A stretch of 17,410 nt of DNA from an uncultured Bacilli bacterium (GTDB taxonomy: Bacteria > Bacillota_I > Bacilli_A > RF39 > UBA660): assembly GCA_934190785.1 (NCBI GenBank), contig CAKPTA010000015.1:1-17410 (forward strand). The letters run 5' to 3'. The position numbers and the translations under genes were made by a program. Below, piece after piece: positions 15,846 to 17,410 of this stretch. Each line of letters starts with the position of its first letter. The stretch's first letter is position 1. The notes below the pieces were generated by a model that was not told the origin of the DNA, made no database searches, and saw only the letters and a list, made by a program, of their open reading frames with translations.

Positions 15846-15877
15846 ACATTTTCTCCTTTCTTAAGTTTTAAAACTTT

Positions 15878-17410
15878 TTAACCTTTGTATTGTATAACAT
15901 ATGGATCAGATTTTGTACCCGTACCAGAAGTAAAATTCAATTCAGAAATTAATAAATTCATACCTGGTTTAATTGAATGACAATATTCATAGTCCATACG
16001 ACCCATATATACGTCATCGCAGTACAACCATGATCCATCATGTTCGCCATCGCCACTTTCGAAACCGTTTTCTTTTACAAAGTATAAAATACCAATGTCA
16101 TTACAAAAATCTGATTCAGATGTTTCACCAAAATTGGTCCAATATGTAGCAGAACCATTAGTTCCATATTTATATGTAGCTTTTTCTTCAGGACTATAAT
16201 AAGAAGTTGTAAATGACTTAGGTGCATAAATCTTATATAAATTACCGACTGTCTTATCAACATTATCAAATCCCGAAAGACCATTAAGGCATAACTCTTG
16301 ACTAGAGGCATATACAGATGCGATTGATAAAGTGGTACTACTTTGGCTTTCAATTTCCCATAAACTTAATTCTGATAAATCAAATGTTTGATCACTATAA
16401 GTTCCTGTTAAATTCTTAGAAAAAGTATATGTACTATTAGCAGGAGATAAACGTATATATGAATTATTATATATCTTTACAAATACATCAATATTTCCAC
16501 TTGCTGCATTATAATTAGTTGAAGCCGCTACACTAATAGTTATTTTTGTACTTCCTAAATTTTTACCACTTCTTATAGTAATAGTATCTCCACTAACACT
16601 ACATGTCGCAATGCTTGTATCACTTGACGAACATCCTTTTATAGCACCTGTTGAACTTTCTATTCCAACATAACTTGTACTATTAACAACCAATTCAGTT
16701 AAAGTCGTTTCCAGTATAACGCTTCCACTTGCTTTATTTATAACAACCGTTCTAGAACCTGTTACTGTATTATATCCTGTTTTTGAAACCTTATAATATG
16801 TTGTATATGTTCCTGCATTACGATATGCTGGTTTTGTACTTGAATAATTTGTTCCATCACTCGAATACGTAATTGTTGCTCCACTTGATGTTACTGTTAT
16901 AGAGTGATCGCTTCCATTATACGTTCCATTATATCCTGATGCTGTTACACTAAGTGTTCCAAGATTTGTTGTTACTACATGTGCAGCACTACTAGAATTA
17001 TAATTGGCTGTTTCTTTACTTGTAACAGTTATTGTTGCAGTTCCTTTTGTTGTTCCTGGTATTACTGTTACTGTTGTTCCACTTATTTTACATGTTGCTA
17101 CTGAACTATTGTTTGATGAGCAACTTAAATCTCCTCCACTTACATTTGTTGTTGCACTAAATGTTCCACTATTTGGATATGTATAACTTCCTGAATTCGA
17201 TGATAATTTTAGAGTATTATTTGCTTTATTTATTGTTGCTGTTATAGCTTTCTCTGTAACATCATTATGATTTGCGTCTCCAATTACTTTGTAATATACA
17301 GTATATGTTCCTACATTCGTTGCCGTTGGAATACTATTACTATATGTTCCATTATTTAACTTATATTGAATATTCCCTGTATTTGTACTTCCTGCATTTA
17401 CAAGTGCTTG
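15878..17410 (-). CDS. Large repeat-containing surface protein, C-terminal 510 codons (5' end lies beyond the window)
   Basis: I translated this frame by hand from 16694 to 17410 and found no stop, so the TTG start at 16693 in the ORF track is artefactual. The protein has alternating modules (see the repeat feature) and a non-repeat, Cys-containing C-terminal domain of about 200 aa ending GTGTKSDPYVIQYKG*. Confidence 0.8.
   Translation of the reverse strand, partial: QALVNAGSTNTGNIQYKLNNGTYSNSIPTATNVGTYTVYYKVIGDANHNDVTEKAITATINKANNTLKLSSNSGSYTYPNSGTFSATTNVSGGDLSCSSNNSSVATCKISGTTVTVIPGTTKGTATITVTSKETANYNSSSAAHVVTTNLGTLSVTASGYNGTYNGSDHSITVTSSGATITYSSDGTNYSSTKPAYRNAGTYTTYYKVSKTGYNTVTGSRTVVINKASGSVILETTLTELVVNSTSYVGIESSTGAIKGCSSSDTSIATCSVSGDTITIRSGKNLGSTKITISVAASTNYNAASGNIDVFVKIYNNSYIRLSPANSTYTFSKNLTGTYSDQTFDLSELSLWEIESQSSTTLSIASVYASSQELCLNGLSGFDNVDKTVGNLYKIYAPKSFTTSYYSPEEKATYKYGTNGSATYWTNFGETSESDFCNDIGILYFVKENGFESGDGEHDGSWLYCDDVYMGRMDYEYCHSIKPGMNLLISELNFTSGTGTKSDPYVIQYKG
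16560..17410 (-). repeat. Protein-level tandem bipartite modules (period about 163-166 codons) within the surface protein gene
   Basis: Module type 1: NNGTYSNSIPTATNVGTYTVYYKVIGDANHNDVT...INKA versus SDGTNYSSTKPAYRNAGTYTTYYKVSKTGYNTVT...INKA. Module type 2 (Big_2-like): SCSSNNSSVATCKISGTTVTV..GTATITVTS..TANYNSSS versus GCSSSDTSIATCSVSGDTITI..GSTKITISV..STNYNAAS. The DNA copies are clearly diverged. Confidence 0.6.

Noticed and set aside
15863-15876. Perfect 14-nt palindrome AAGTTTTAAAACTT between the surface-protein and lipoprotein genes
   Set aside because: It is A/T-rich (a single G:C pair), the stem would be very weak, and no T-tract follows on the coding strand. Such sequences arise easily in AT-rich DNA, so I do not call it a terminator or operator.
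16691-16693. TTG start proposed for a 271-aa protein
   Set aside because: Hand translation of the same frame upstream to position 17410 shows no stop and continuous repeat-module sequence. This is an internal Leu codon of a much larger gene.
1-17410. Alternative genetic code (TGA = Trp, as in Mollicutes), suggested by the extreme AT content
   Set aside because: TGA terminates cdd, yqfC and yqfD at family-typical lengths, each immediately followed by the next gene's start, and Trp is encoded by TGG throughout. The standard bacterial code fits.
1-17410. Mobile elements, CRISPR arrays, tRNA/rRNA genes, defence or toxin-antitoxin modules
   Set aside because: I found no integrase, transposase or recombinase motifs, no regularly spaced direct repeats, no long inverted terminal repeats, and no intergenic gap long enough for a structured RNA gene (the longest gaps are about 40-65 nt once yqzL is counted). 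Nothing supports such calls.

Overview
Strongly AT-rich, Firmicutes-type chromosomal window using the standard genetic code: TGA ends cdd, yqfC and yqfD at the expected lengths. Every credible gene is on the minus strand. In transcription order (high to low coordinates) the window holds: (1) the 3' part of a very large surface-protein gene, still open at the window edge, followed by a small lipoprotein gene; (2) tcdA with an overlapping gene for an unrecognisable basic protein; (3) a truncated division/cell-wall operon, mraZ-rsmH-ftsL-pbp2B, with a clear promoter and phased MraZ-type boxes, ending not in mur/fts genes but in a 378-aa prepilin-type protein gene plus a terminator; (4) a self-contained operon of overlapping genes for a degenerate HD-GYP protein, an ABC ATPase and an ABC-2 permease; (5) the conserved block yqfC-yqfD-(vanZ)-ybeY-dgkA-cdd-era-yqzL-recO, followed by a YuiD-like PAP2 gene. 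I saw no rRNA, tRNA, CRISPR array, transposase, integrase or recognisable defence or toxin-antitoxin gene. The points most worth follow-up are the pilin-like gene attached to the PBP2B operon, the C-terminal motif it shares with the giant surface protein, the degenerate HD-GYP/ABC operon, and the unknown protein coupled to TcdA. None of these is demonstrably a new system from sequence alone. All family assignments come from motif recognition by eye, not from searches.
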